NCBI GenBank assembly: GCA_963743755.1 | Contig: CAVUQU010000002.1 | Span: 101,867-165,866 of the forward strand | Direction: 5' to 3' | Origin: an uncultured bacterium | GTDB taxonomy: Bacteria; Acidobacteriota; Aminicenantia; Aminicenantales; Saccharicenantaceae | Length of the DNA: 64,000 nt | Shown: one piece after another, positions 43,666-53,728 of the stretch | How the letters are laid out: each line of letters starts with the position of its first letter | Position numbering within the stretch: position 1 is the first letter of the stretch | Translations under genes and position numbers: made by a program | Notes under the pieces: model-generated | The model's input: the letters and a program-made list of their open reading frames with translations, nothing else | What the model was told of the DNA's origin: nothing | Databases searched by the model: none

Positions 43666-46076
43666 ATGAACCGATCGATCGCGACGATCCTCCTGTCGGC
43701 GGCCTTGGCCTGGCCGCAGCCCAGCGCTTCGGCCGGCGCCGTCACGCCGGCCGTCCAGCAAAAAGCCCGCCCGATCCCGCTCCGCGACGTCCGTCTGACC
43801 GGCGGCCCGCTGAAACAGGCCCAGGACCTCAACGCGAAGTACCTGCTCGTCACTCTCGTCCGGACCGGATGATGGCTTTCCTCCGCAAGGCCGCCGGCCT
43901 CGAGCCCAAGGCACCAAGGCTACGGCGGCTGGGATGGGGACGACCGCCAGCTCACCGGCCACATCGCCGGCCATTACCTCTCCGGCGTGAGCCTGATGTT
44001 CGCCGCGACCGGCGATCCACGCTTCAAAGAGAGGGCGGACTATCTCGTCTCCGAGCTCGAGGCCGTGCAGGACAAGCACGGCGACGGCTACATCGGCGCC
44101 CAGACCGACCGGGCCAAGACGCCGGGCAAGGCCCTCTTCGATCAGGTCGCCGCGGGGGACATCCGCTCGGCCGGGTTCGACCTCAACGGCATGTGGTCGC
44201 CGTGGTACGTCCAGCACAAGATCTTCGCCGGCCTGCGGGACGCCTACCGCTTCGCCGGCAACCGGACGGCGCTCGAGATCGAGACGCGCTTCGCGGCCTG
44301 GGCCGAGCGCGTCCTTTCCAAGCTCGACGACGCGCAGATCCAGAAGATGCTCGGCACCGAGTTCGGCGGCATGAACGAGGTCCTCGTCGACCTCTAGGCC
44401 GACACCGGCGACGACCGCTGGCTCCGCCTGGCCGACCGCTTCGAGCACCGGGCCTTCGTCGAGCCCCTCGTCCGGGGCGAGGACATCCTCCGGGGCAAGC
44501 ACGGCAACACCCAGGTGCCGAAGATGCTGGGAGTGCTGGCCCGCCATATCTTCACGGGGCGGCCCTCCGACGGCGCCGCCGCGCAGTTCTTCTGGGAGCG
44601 GGTGGCCCATCACCACAGCTTCGCCACCGGCGGGCACGGCAGGAACGAGTATTTCGGCGAACCGGACAGGTTCGGCGACATGATCGATGGCCGGACGGCC
44701 GAGACCTGCAACGTCTACAACATGATCAAGATGACCCGGGCCCTCTTCGCCCTCGATCCGCAGATGCGCTACGCCGACTTCCACGAGCGGGCCCTCTTCA
44801 ACCATATCCTCGGCTCGATGGACCCCGCCGACGGCGCGACGTGCTACATGGTCCCCGTCGGCCAGGGCGTCGTCCGCGAATATCAGGACATGCAGGAGGA
44901 CTTCACCTGCTGCGTCGGCTCGGGCATGGAGAGCCACGCGCTGCACGGCGACGGCCTCTACTACGAATCCGGGGACACGCTCTGGGTCAACCTCTATGCG
45001 CCGTCCGTCGCGGACTGGAAGGCGGCCGGGGTCAGTCTGACCATGACGACGTCCTTCCCGGAAGGGGAGGACGCCGCTCTGACGATCGGAACGACGAAGC
45101 CGCGCCGGTTCACGGTCGCGCTGCGCCGTCCGTTCTGGGCGGGCGAGGGGTTCTCGGTCGAGGTCAACGGCAAGGCCGTGAAGGACCCGGGCCCGGCCGG
45201 CACGTACGTCCGCATCACCCGGAAGTGGAAGTCGGGCGACAAGGTGGCCCTGGTCCTTCCCAAAGCGCTCCGGCTGGAGCCCTTCCCGGCGATCCGGACC
45301 GGGCGGCGATCCTGTGGGGCCCCCTCGTCCTGGCCGGCGACCTGGCCCCCATCCCGAAGAGACAGCCCCGCGACGAGGCCGTCGCGACGCCCGCGACGGC
45401 GTCCGAATGGCCGACGACACCCGTGCTCGTGACCGCCGAGACGTCACCGGACAAGTGGATCACACCGGCGGAAGGCCGGCCCGGCGTCTTCCGGACCGCG
45501 GGCGTGGGCCGCGACCGGGACGTCGACCTCGTTCCGTTCTATCGCCTGCACCGGCGCGTCTATACCGCCTATTGGGACATCCTGACTCCGAAGGAATGGA
45601 CGGAGCGGGCGGCGGCCCTGAAGGCCGCCGAAGAAGCCCGGCGCAAGCTCGATGCGGCCACGGTGGCCTTCGCCCAACCCGGCCAGATGCAGGCCGAGAG
45701 GGACCTCGCCATGCAGGGCGGAAAGACGTCGCCCGTCCAGATCCGCGGCCGCTACGGCCGCCGGGCCGAGGACTGGTTCTCGTTCGACCTCCCGGTCGAC
45801 CCCGCGTCCCCGCTCGAGCTCGTCGTCACCTATAACCGCGACGAGCGGGCCGACCGCGCCTTCGCCGTCCTCGTCGACGGCCGGAAGGTGGGGGAGGAGC
45901 GCATCGCCCGGCGCAGTCCCCAGGAAAAGGAGGGTTTCTTCGACGTCGCCTACCGCATCCCGGCCGAGGCCGTTGCCGGCAAGGCGAAGGTCACGGTCCG
46001 GTTCGAGGGGATCGAAGGCCGCGAGACCGCCACTGTGTTCGGCATCCGCGTCATCCGGGACGACCAGCGCCCTTAA
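43666..46076 (+). CDS. GH127-family (DUF1680, HypBA1-like beta-L-arabinofuranosidase) secreted protein; disrupted here by about 3 frameshifts and one in-frame TAG
   Basis: Signal peptide MNRSIATILLSAALAWP. Segments GYGGWDGDDRQLTGHIAGHYLSGVSLMFAATGDPRFKE...; ...NEVLVDL*ADTGDDRWL (TAG 44395-44397, in frame); ...FFWERVAHHHSFATGGHG.NEYFG...TAETCNVYNMIKMTRALF...DFTCCVGSGMESHALHGDGLYY (catalytic Cys/Glu region); C-terminal domain to 46076. Confidence 0.75.
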
Positions 46077-46285
46077 GTCCGCGGCCTTAGGCCCGGCTAT
46101 CCGATCGGCCCGAGACGGAAGAGGCAGATATACAGATCGTCGGCTTCGAGCGATCTGTCGATGCACTCGAGGACGAACCCGGCGTCGGCGAACACAAAGA
46201 GCCGGGGCCTTTTTCCGTTCGCCCTCCTCCTCCGGCGCGGTGTCTTGATATCGGGCGACCGATATCTCAGGACTCGCTAACCGGG

Positions 46286-47536
46286 TCACTTACCGAAGGT
46301 CCGGGCCGGCATGCCGGGCAACAGGAGGAAGATGTCCTTATAGAAATGCCGGACCTGATCGATCTTGCCGGGCGCATCGCCTTCGAGCTTGATGGGGAGA
46401 TGGGTCAACGCGATGTGCCCGGGCGCGAGGACCTCTTGGAGGAAGCGGGCGCAATTCGGCTCGAGCGGGAACCAATAGTGGACAATGGCCAGGTCGATAG
46501 GAGCGCCCCCCAGTCCGAACCCCTGGAAGACGTCGGGCTTGCCGTTGGTATCCCCTTCGTGCCAGATGTGCCGGCCGCCGAGCTCGAAGAGGAACATGAG
46601 GTTCATCGGGGTGTCCCTGTCGCCGCTGTGGAGGGTGCGGCACGCCGTGAGGGAGATCCCCTTCAGGTCTTGGGTCTCTTTCTCTCCGACCTTGAGGTCG
46701 ATTGCGACGACGCGGGGCCCGATTTTGGCCCAGTCCGCCGACGCCCGGCGCATGGCCTCGACGGCGTCCGCGGGGGCCAGGAGGAGGGGCTCGGAGTGGG
46801 TTTCCAGATAGCGAACAGCCAACCCGGCGTCGAAATGGTCGGGGTGATCGTGGGTGACAAGGACGAGGTCCACGCCGTCGAAAGGCGCGGCCCCCGTCAT
46901 GATCTTCTCGAGCGCCTCGGGCTCGGGGGCCCGGTATTCCGGATTCGGCTTGTCGAAGAGGGCGTCGATGAGGACTTTGGTGTCCCCGGAGCCGACCAAG
47001 ACGCCCATGTTGGCGACATAGGTGAGTTCGAGCGGCCTCTCCTTCGCGAAGGAGAAGTGCTGCTGGACCATCACCCAACGTCTGTCCCGTTTCTCCAGCA
47101 CGCCTGTCCAGCGGGCGTTCTCCCAGTTCGCCGGCCGTCCCTTCCACTCGTTGATGTCGTCGAGGATGGCGAAGAACCAGGCGACTTCGCCCGATCGCGC
47201 GAGCTTGATCCGGAGATCCCGAACCTCGAAGCGGACCGCCTTGAAATCGGGGCTCCGCCAGAGCGCCTCCGCTTTTTTAAACTCATCGATGCCCTTGACG
47301 ACGGTGCCGTCCGGATGGACCTCGAGAAAGTCCGGATCGTCCGCGATGACGCCGTAAAGAAGCCCGAAGTCCTTGTCTTTGGCCCAGCCGATCGCGTCCC
47401 GGATGGCCTGTTCGATGCGCGCCTTCTCGCTTTCCTCGGCCCGGCCGACGCGCGCCGACAAGCTCCCCGCGGCGAGCGCGGCGGCGATGACGACGAGCCC
47501 GGCGCCGGCCGCCGCCCATGCCAGCCGTTTTTTCAT
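46286..47536 (-). CDS. fusion protein: N-terminal SnoaL/NTF2-like domain + C-terminal MBL-fold metallo-hydrolase, secreted, intact
   Basis: Signal peptide MKKRLAWAAAGAGLVVIAAALA; NTF2-like ...DEFKKAEALWRSPDFKAVRFEVRDLRIKLARSGEVAWFFAILD...; MBL motif LVLVTHDHPDHFD ... H..D... RBS GAGG. Confidence 0.65.
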   Translation of the reverse strand: MKKRLAWAAAGAGLVVIAAALAAGSLSARVGRAEESEKARIEQAIRDAIGWAKDKDFGLLYGVIADDPDFLEVHPDGTVVKGIDEFKKAEALWRSPDFKAVRFEVRDLRIKLARSGEVAWFFAILDDINEWKGRPANWENARWTGVLEKRDRRWVMVQQHFSFAKERPLELTYVANMGVLVGSGDTKVLIDALFDKPNPEYRAPEPEALEKIMTGAAPFDGVDLVLVTHDHPDHFDAGLAVRYLETHSEPLLLAPADAVEAMRRASADWAKIGPRVVAIDLKVGEKETQDLKGISLTACRTLHSGDRDTPMNLMFLFELGGRHIWHEGDTNGKPDVFQGFGLGGAPIDLAIVHYWFPLEPNCARFLQEVLAPGHIALTHLPIKLEGDAPGKIDQVRHFYKDIFLLLPGMPARTFGK

Positions 47537-47546
47537 GTCCGCGACC

Positions 47547-49356
47547 TCACTTCTTCCCGGCCGTCCGGAGCTTCTCGACGATGTCGGCCCGGACCCAGTA
47601 GGCGTGGCTCTCGCCGCCGCGCTGGCTCAGGAAAAAGAGATATTTGCCGTCGGCGGTGACGATAGGGCACAGCTCGATCGACGGGCTGTTCACTTCGGGG
47701 CCCATATTCACGGGCGCGGTCCAGGCGCCGTCCGGGCCCCGGAAGCTCGCCCAGAGATCGTATTGGCGCGAGAACAGGAGGTAGCTCCCGTCCGGAGCGA
47801 CGAAGGGCGTATCCTCGATCTCGGGGGAGTTGATGGGTTCGCCCAGATTGACGGGCTTCCCGTACGCTCCGCCGGAGAGACGGGCCACGTAGATGTCGTT
47901 CAGGCCGCGGCTGTCCGGAGCTCGTCCGGCGACATAGAGGCTTGCCCTTCCGGTCGAGCGAGAACTCCCAGTGCATATTGACGGAGTTGACGTTGGGATC
48001 GAGGGGCCTGGGCTCGCCCCAGCCGGAAGGTGTCCTGTCCGTGTACCAGATCTTCTCGCTCCCTCTTGGCCGTTTCCCCGGGAAGCGGCCGGCGGGAGAT
48101 GAAATAGAGCCTTTTCCCGTCGGCCGAGAAGAAGGGTACGTCGTCCGGCCTGTCGGGCCCGAGAAGGGCGCCCAGGCCGGCGGCGTCCAGCGGCCGTTGA
48201 CGCGTTTCATCGTCAGCAGGCCGCCGCGCGAATAGATCTCGCCGGGGAACGTCATCATCGGCGCCCAATAGACCTCGTTCCCGTCCGGAGAGAAAACGGC
48301 CGTGCTGTGGAGGCCCCAGACCGAGGAGATGATGCCCGGGGCGAAGAGTTCGGGCGTGTCTCCGGGGGGCTTCTGTCCCAAGTACTCGCCCTCGAGGACC
48401 GGGAACCGAGTCTCCGAAAGGTCGGCGCCCTTTTTGGCCAGCAACCCCGCCACGGCGTCCATCTTCCGCTCAACGGCGACATTGTAAGCGGTCTGGCCCA
48501 TGAGGGTCCGGGTGTCCACGGGTGCGCCCCGTTCGATCAGGCCCCGGGCGACCTCGGTCCGGCCGTCCCGCGCGGCGTAATGGAGCGGGGTCCAGCCGAA
48601 GCGGTCGGCCTTGGACTGCGGGAAGCCCTTTTCGATCAGAAGTCCGACGATCTCGGCCGACCCTCCGGCCGCGGCGGAATGGAGGAGCCCTTCGCCGGCC
48701 GGGCCGAGGGCCGTGAGGTCCTGCCCTTTCTCGATCAGCCGGTGGAAGAGCCTCGTCAGGCCGTTGGCCGCGGCTTCGGAGAGAGCGTCTACCCATTTAT
48801 CACCGGACTCCGGTACGTTGGCCCCTTTCTCGAGGAGCAGATCGACGAAGTCGGCCTTGCCCCGCCAGGTTGCGAGCTCGAGGGCGGTGGAACCGAATTT
48901 GTCCTCGGCGTTGACGTCCGCCCCGGCTTCGATGAGGACGCGGCCGGTGGCGGCCTGGCCCCGCTCGCGGGCGCAGAGGATCAGGGCCGTCCGCTGGTAG
49001 TCGTCCCGCGGCTCGATAGCGGCGCCCCGCTCGAGGAGCGCGGCCACCGCGTCCCGGTGGTCGTTGATAGCCGCCAGGTGGAGCGGGGTCTTTCGTCCCG
49101 CGCCAGGGAGATCGAGCTTCGCGCCTTTGTCGATGAGGAACGAGACGAGGTCCGCGTCCCCGAGGGCAGCGGCGTAATGGAGCGGGGTGTCGTCGGCGCC
49201 ATCACGCTCCGAGACGAGCCGAGGCGATTTCTCGACCATCGCCTTGACGGCCGGGATATCGCCATTGCGGAGCAGATCGAAGACCTCCTGGGCCCGGGCA
49301 GGGATGGCCAACGTCGCCGTCAGCAGAAGAGAGAGGATCAAGGCCGGTTTCTTCAT
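47547..49356 (-). CDS. secreted ankyrin-repeat + PD40/TolB-like beta-propeller fusion protein (C-terminal half frameshifted)
   Basis: Signal peptide MKKPALILSLLLTATLAIPARA; at least 7 ANK repeats (...TPLHYAAALGDADLVSFLIDKGA..., ...TPLHLAAINDHRDAVAALLERGA..., ...WTPLHYAARDGRTEVARGLIERGA...); C-terminal PD40 repeats ...DTPFVAPDGSYLLFS...SPSIELCPIVTADGKYLFF... (47547..47888). Confidence 0.7.
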
Positions 49357-49572
49357 CGCGGTCTCCTCGGGTGGATCAGCGTAAAGTTAGTTCACAGCTT
49401 TACGGCCAGAGCGGCCCGGGGCGAAAAGTCCCCCCATGCGGCCCTGATCGTGGCTGTCACCCCATCATGACTAGCAAGCGCCGTGCCAGACGCCGTCGGG
49501 AATGAAGGGGTCGCCCTCCCGGTCGAAATATGATAAAATAGATAGGAATTAGGGAGTATGAGGAGTGATGCA

Positions 49573-50052
49573 ATGAATCGGACGATCCGGCTGCTCGCCG
49601 CCTGCGGTTTCATCTTCCTCGCGTTCGCGGCCCTGGCCGCGGCCCAGCCCGCCGGCTCCTGCTGCAATTCGCCGGGCGTCACCCCGAGCGGCAAACAGGG
49701 GGAGCCCGTCTTTCAGGACCTGGCCAAGTCCGGCAAGAAATGCTGGATCGGCGAGGTCAATTACTTCACCTGGGAATTCGACAAGACACCGAAGATGGGG
49801 ATGTCCGTCCTCATCGTCAAGCTCTACGACAAGGACGGCCGGCGCGTCTCCGACCTGACGATCACGGGACGCTGCGACATGCCGTCGATGCGCGGCGCCC
49901 ACGACACCGGCGAGGTCGCTTTCAAGACGAACAGGGCCGGCGATTACCTGCTGCCCGTCAACGTCGTCATGCCCGGCGACTGGGAGGTCCTGCTGACCTT
50001 CTCCCGCAACGGCATCGTCATCTTCCGGGGCCGCATCACGTTCGATGTCTGA
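49573..50052 (+). CDS. small secreted YtkA/FixH-like domain protein with CC and Met/His motifs (possible periplasmic Cu-binding protein)
   Basis: Signal peptide MNRTIRLLAACGFIFLAFAALAAA; ...GSCCNSPG...; ...CDMPSMRGAHDTGE... (Met/His cluster); ends ...GDWEVLLTFSRNGIVIFRGRITFDV, like the Ig-like YtkA fold. RBS AGGAG. Assignment is tentative. Confidence 0.4.
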   Translation: MNRTIRLLAACGFIFLAFAALAAAQPAGSCCNSPGVTPSGKQGEPVFQDLAKSGKKCWIGEVNYFTWEFDKTPKMGMSVLIVKLYDKDGRRVSDLTITGRCDMPSMRGAHDTGEVAFKTNRAGDYLLPVNVVMPGDWEVLLTFSRNGIVIFRGRITFDV

Positions 50053-51085
50053 GCCGCGCGATCCGGCGCCGAACCTTCCCGCGCGTGTCGCGTGTCGGGC
50101 CGGGACGAGAGCGCTCATCGCCGGGATCTTCCTCGTGGCGGGTCTCGCCCCCGGGCTCCTGCGGGCCCAGAGCACGCTCCTCTTCCTCGAGCTCCAGGCG
50201 GTCGGCGCGTATTCGACCGCCGCAAACGGCATCGAGCTCTTCTCGCTCATGCCCGACGACGCCATGCAGAAGCCCAGTCTCGGCTTCGACCTGGTGAAAA
50301 GGTTCTCGGGGAGGACCGGCGATATCGGCGTCCTGGCCGTCCAGGCCCGCCTGGCCTACGACCAGGAAGGCGATCATAAGCTCGAACCCCAGCTCTACAA
50401 CGCCTATTTCCGCCTCAAGACGAAAGTCGCCGGCATCTGGATCGGCCACAACCGGCCCGCCCTCGGCCTCTCTTCCGTCCTCGACGGCCACGCCCTCCTC
50501 CTGCCGGCGCCGGCCATGCTCGGGTACGGCTTCGACCGGGACTGGGGGGTCGGGCTGGAGCGGGATTTCGGTTGGGGGAGCGCCGCCGCCTCGTTGACGG
50601 CGGGCAGCGGCATGCCGCTCTATTTCAAGGGCAATTTCCTGGCCGCGGCACGGGTCTCCAAGGGCGTCCCGGCCCGCGACAATTACAGCGTCGGCCTGTC
50701 CCTGGCCCGCGGCGACGTCCTGGAGACCATGGGTTACACGCTCGTCGGGCCGGAGCCCATGGCTTGGACCGCCGCGGCGATCGACGCGACCTACTTCTGG
50801 CGGAACTTCGAGAACCGGGCCGAGATCCAGCTCGGCCGCCGCGACGGGGCCGCCGAGTTCCTCTTCTTCTGGCGGACGGGGCTGTCCCTGCTCGACGAGG
50901 GCCGGCTCAAGGTCGAAGCCCAGCCGGTCCTGACCCGGCGGGCCGGCGCCTGGGATTATTCCCTCGGCTCCGGACTGACCTATCTCGTCAGCGCGGACCT
51001 GGCCGCGAGGGGCGCCGTCCTCTACGACCATGCCCGGAGCGACGTCCGGTTCGTCGTGCAGCTGTATTTCTACAAGAGGTTGTGA
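50045..51085 (+). CDS. predicted outer-membrane beta-barrel protein, intact
   Basis: Signal-like N-terminus ...RALIAGIFLVAGLAPGLLRAQS; alternating hydrophobic beta-strand patterns throughout; C-terminus ...RFVVQLYFYKRL. The start overlaps the upstream stop by 8 nt. Confidence 0.4.
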   Translation: MSEPRDPAPNLPARVACRAGTRALIAGIFLVAGLAPGLLRAQSTLLFLELQAVGAYSTAANGIELFSLMPDDAMQKPSLGFDLVKRFSGRTGDIGVLAVQARLAYDQEGDHKLEPQLYNAYFRLKTKVAGIWIGHNRPALGLSSVLDGHALLLPAPAMLGYGFDRDWGVGLERDFGWGSAAASLTAGSGMPLYFKGNFLAAARVSKGVPARDNYSVGLSLARGDVLETMGYTLVGPEPMAWTAAAIDATYFWRNFENRAEIQLGRRDGAAEFLFFWRTGLSLLDEGRLKVEAQPVLTRRAGAWDYSLGSGLTYLVSADLAARGAVLYDHARSDVRFVVQLYFYKRL

Positions 51086-51122
51086 GGATCCGAAAAGTTC
51101 GGGAACGGCGACGGAGGTTCGT

Positions 51123-51777
51123 CATGAGAATGAAGAGAACGATCGTCCTCGCGGCGGCGGGGCTCGTCCTGGCCGCGGCCGCGTTCCTCCTTCACGCCGC
51201 CGTCGGCTGCGACCTCAACGATCCGGACCGGGACGTCAAGCGCCTCTTCCCGGGCTCGACCGGATTCAAGACGCTCTACGTCTCCATCTCTAAGAAAGGC
51301 GGCGACGAGCTCTTGAAGAGGATCGAGGCCCGCCTGGGCGACCGGTTCACCGGGCTCTTCGAGACGGCCGACGTGCCGTACACGATGTACGAGATCTACA
51401 AGGGCGAGGACCTCATCGGCTACATCCACGGCGTCAACCAGAAGGGGACGTACGGCGGCCTCCAGGTCTTCCTCGCCCTCGACACCGCCGGCGTCATCCG
51501 GGGCTTCTACTACCAGAAGCTGACCTCCAAGGCCGCGAAGGCCTTTCGCTCGCTCGCCTTCGGCGAGCAGTTCCGCGGCCTGAGCCTGGAGGATTTCTAC
51601 AGGTACGACGTCGTGTCGGGGCGGGAGGATCCCGCCGGCCCTGTCGGCCGCATCGCCAATCCCGACCCGGGGGCCGAGAAGGATTTCCGGGCCACCCTGC
51701 GGGCGGTCAAGAAGAACCTCGTCCTCGTCGACGAGTTCCTCCTCGGCAATCCCCACCTGAAATTCTTCAAAGGATAG
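51123..51777 (+). CDS. FMN-binding-domain (FMN_bind, NosR/NqrC/RnfG-like) periplasmic protein
   Basis: Signal/TM MRMKRTIVLAAAGLVLAAAAFLL; ...YTMYEIYKGEDLIGYIHGVNQKGTYGGLQVFLALDTAGVIRGFYYQK... This resembles the covalent-FMN attachment region (S/T-GTY..G) of FMN_bind domains. RBS GGAGG. Confidence 0.55.
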
Positions 51778-51783
51778 CTCCGC

Positions 51784-52981
51784 ATGAAAAAGATCTCCGT
51801 CTTCGCGGTGGCCTATAAGACCCTCCTGCGCAAGAGGACGAGAAGCCTGCTCACCGTCCTGGGCATCGCCATGGCGGCCTGGGTCCTGGTCAGCCTGTTC
51901 GGCTTCAACAAGGGCTACGAGACCTCCCTCAACCGGGACATCGACAACCTCGGCTTCCAGATGCTCGTCGTGGCCAAGGGCTGTCCCTACGAGGCGGCGA
52001 CGCTGATGCTCAAGGGCGGCACCGGCCTCAAATACATGGACGAGACGATCGCGGCATCGATCGCCGCCGAGCCCGAGGTCGACGGCGTGACGCCCATGCT
52101 CATGCAGGTCGTCTTCGACCCGAACAAGGGCGAGACCGGAGGCATGGCCGCGTTCCTCGGCGTCGACCCCGTCACGTTCCCCAAACTCAAGAGCGCCCTG
52201 CCGTTCAAGTCCGGCGGCTGGTTCGAGGCGCCCGAGGCGGCCGAGGCCGTCTTCGGCTACGAGGTGGCCGAGCTCGAACAGCGCGAGGTCGGCGACCTCT
52301 ACCTCATCCCCGAGAAAGAGGTCGAGGTCAAGGTCGTCGGGATCCTCGAACGGACGGGGACCCAGGACGACGGAACGATCTTCCTGCCCATCAGGACGGT
52401 CCAGAAGATCTTCGGTCTCCGCCAGCTGACCTCGATCGGCATCAAGGTCAAGAAGGACGCGGACCTCAAGGCCTTCGAGGACAAGATGTACAAGCTGCCC
52501 GACGTCCAGGTGGTCAGCCTGAGCCAGGTCAAGACGACCATCATGACCCTTGTTTCGACGGCCCGGGTCATGGTCTTCTCGATCGCTCTCATCGCCATCC
52601 TCATCGCCATGATGGGCGTCATCAACACGGTTCTGATGTCGGTCATGGAAAGGCGCCAGGAGATCGGCATCCTCAAGTCCATGGGGGCGATGGCCGGGGA
52701 CGTCTTCAAGCTGGTCTGGCTCGAGACGATCATCCTCTGCCTGTGCGGCGGCTTCCTCGGCACCGGCCTGGCCCTCGATAACGGCCCGGCTGACGGATAT
52801 CCTGGTCCGCCGGCTTCTGCCGTACTCGCCGAGCGGGGGCCTCGTCGCGATCGACCCCGGGCTGGTCCTGGCGACGCTCGGCGTGGTCACTGCGATCGGC
52901 CTGGCCAGCGGCATCTACCCGTCCTGGAAAGCGGCCCGGATGAGGCCGCTGGACACGATCCGCAGCGAGGAGCAGTCGTGA
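51784..52981 (+). CDS. MacB/FtsX-type ABC transporter permease with large periplasmic domain (frameshift about 52790)
   Basis: MKKISVFAVAYKTLLRKRTRSLLTVLGIAMAAWVLVSLFG (TM1); about 230-aa periplasmic domain; ...TARVMVFSIALIAILIAMMGVINTVLMSVMERRQEIGILKSMGA (FtsX TM2-3). C-term ...SGIYPSWKAARMRPLDTIRSEEQS* by own reading. Confidence 0.8.
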
Positions 52982-53673
52982 GCGCCCGGGCCGCCTTCTC
53001 GATCGAAGCCGAGCACCTCCGCCGGGTCTACCGCCGCGGCCAGGAGGAGATCGCCGCCGTCGACGACGTCTCCCTCCGGATCGAGCGAGGGTCGTTCCTC
53101 TCGGTCGTCGGACCGTCGGGGTCGGGGAAAACGACGCTCATCAACGTCCTCGGTTGTCTCGACAATCCGACCTCGGGGCGGCTCACGCTCGGAGGCCGCG
53201 TCGTCTTCGAGGATGGCAAGGGGCTTTCGGAGGCCAAGCTGACGCGCATCCGGCGGGACGTCTTCGGCTACATCTTCCAGAAATTCTACCTCATCTCCAC
53301 GCTGACCGTCCTCGAGAACGTCATCCTGCCCTTCACCTTCTTCAGGAAGCCGGGCGCCGAAGAGGACGTCGGGCGCGTCCTGAAACTCCTCGGCCTCGAC
53401 AAGCGCGCCGGCCATCTGCCCGGCCAGCTCTCGGGCGGGGAGATGCAGCGCGTGGCCATCGCCCGGGCCCTGGTCAACAAGCCCGAGATACTCCTGGCCG
53501 ACGAGCCGACGGGCAACCTCGACACGGCCCGGAGCGAGGAGATCGGGACGATCCTCAAGGACCTCAACGAACGGCAGGGCCTGACGGTCATCCTGGTCAC
53601 CCATAACCCCAGGCTGGCCGCTCTGGCCGGCCGGACGATCGAACTGCAGGACGGCAGGATCCGTTCAGCTTGA
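52978..53673 (+). CDS. ABC transporter ATP-binding protein (MacB/LolD-like), intact
   Basis: GTG start overlapping the permease stop; Walker A GPSGSGKTT; Q-loop; signature LSGGEMQRVAIARAL; Walker B ILLADEPTGNLD; H-loop VTHN. Confidence 0.9.
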   Translation: MSARAAFSIEAEHLRRVYRRGQEEIAAVDDVSLRIERGSFLSVVGPSGSGKTTLINVLGCLDNPTSGRLTLGGRVVFEDGKGLSEAKLTRIRRDVFGYIFQKFYLISTLTVLENVILPFTFFRKPGAEEDVGRVLKLLGLDKRAGHLPGQLSGGEMQRVAIARALVNKPEILLADEPTGNLDTARSEEIGTILKDLNERQGLTVILVTHNPRLAALAGRTIELQDGRIRSA

Positions 53674-53728
53674 CAGGGCCCCCGGGGAAATATACGATCG
53701 GGCCACTTTTGTAAAGAAGAGAGGGAAA

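Noticed and set aside
46246-46265. Small hairpin GATATCGG-gcga-CCGATATC in the convergent gap between GH127 and the MBL gene
   Set aside because: It has an 8-bp stem and no U-tract on either strand. It may be a weak terminator but is not distinctive enough to call.
49383-49407. 7-bp IR CGTAAAG-N11-CTTTACG upstream of the Cu-chaperone/ABC operon as an operator
   Set aside because: It is short, single-copy and chance-level in a 64-kb window. It is mentioned only within the operon finding.
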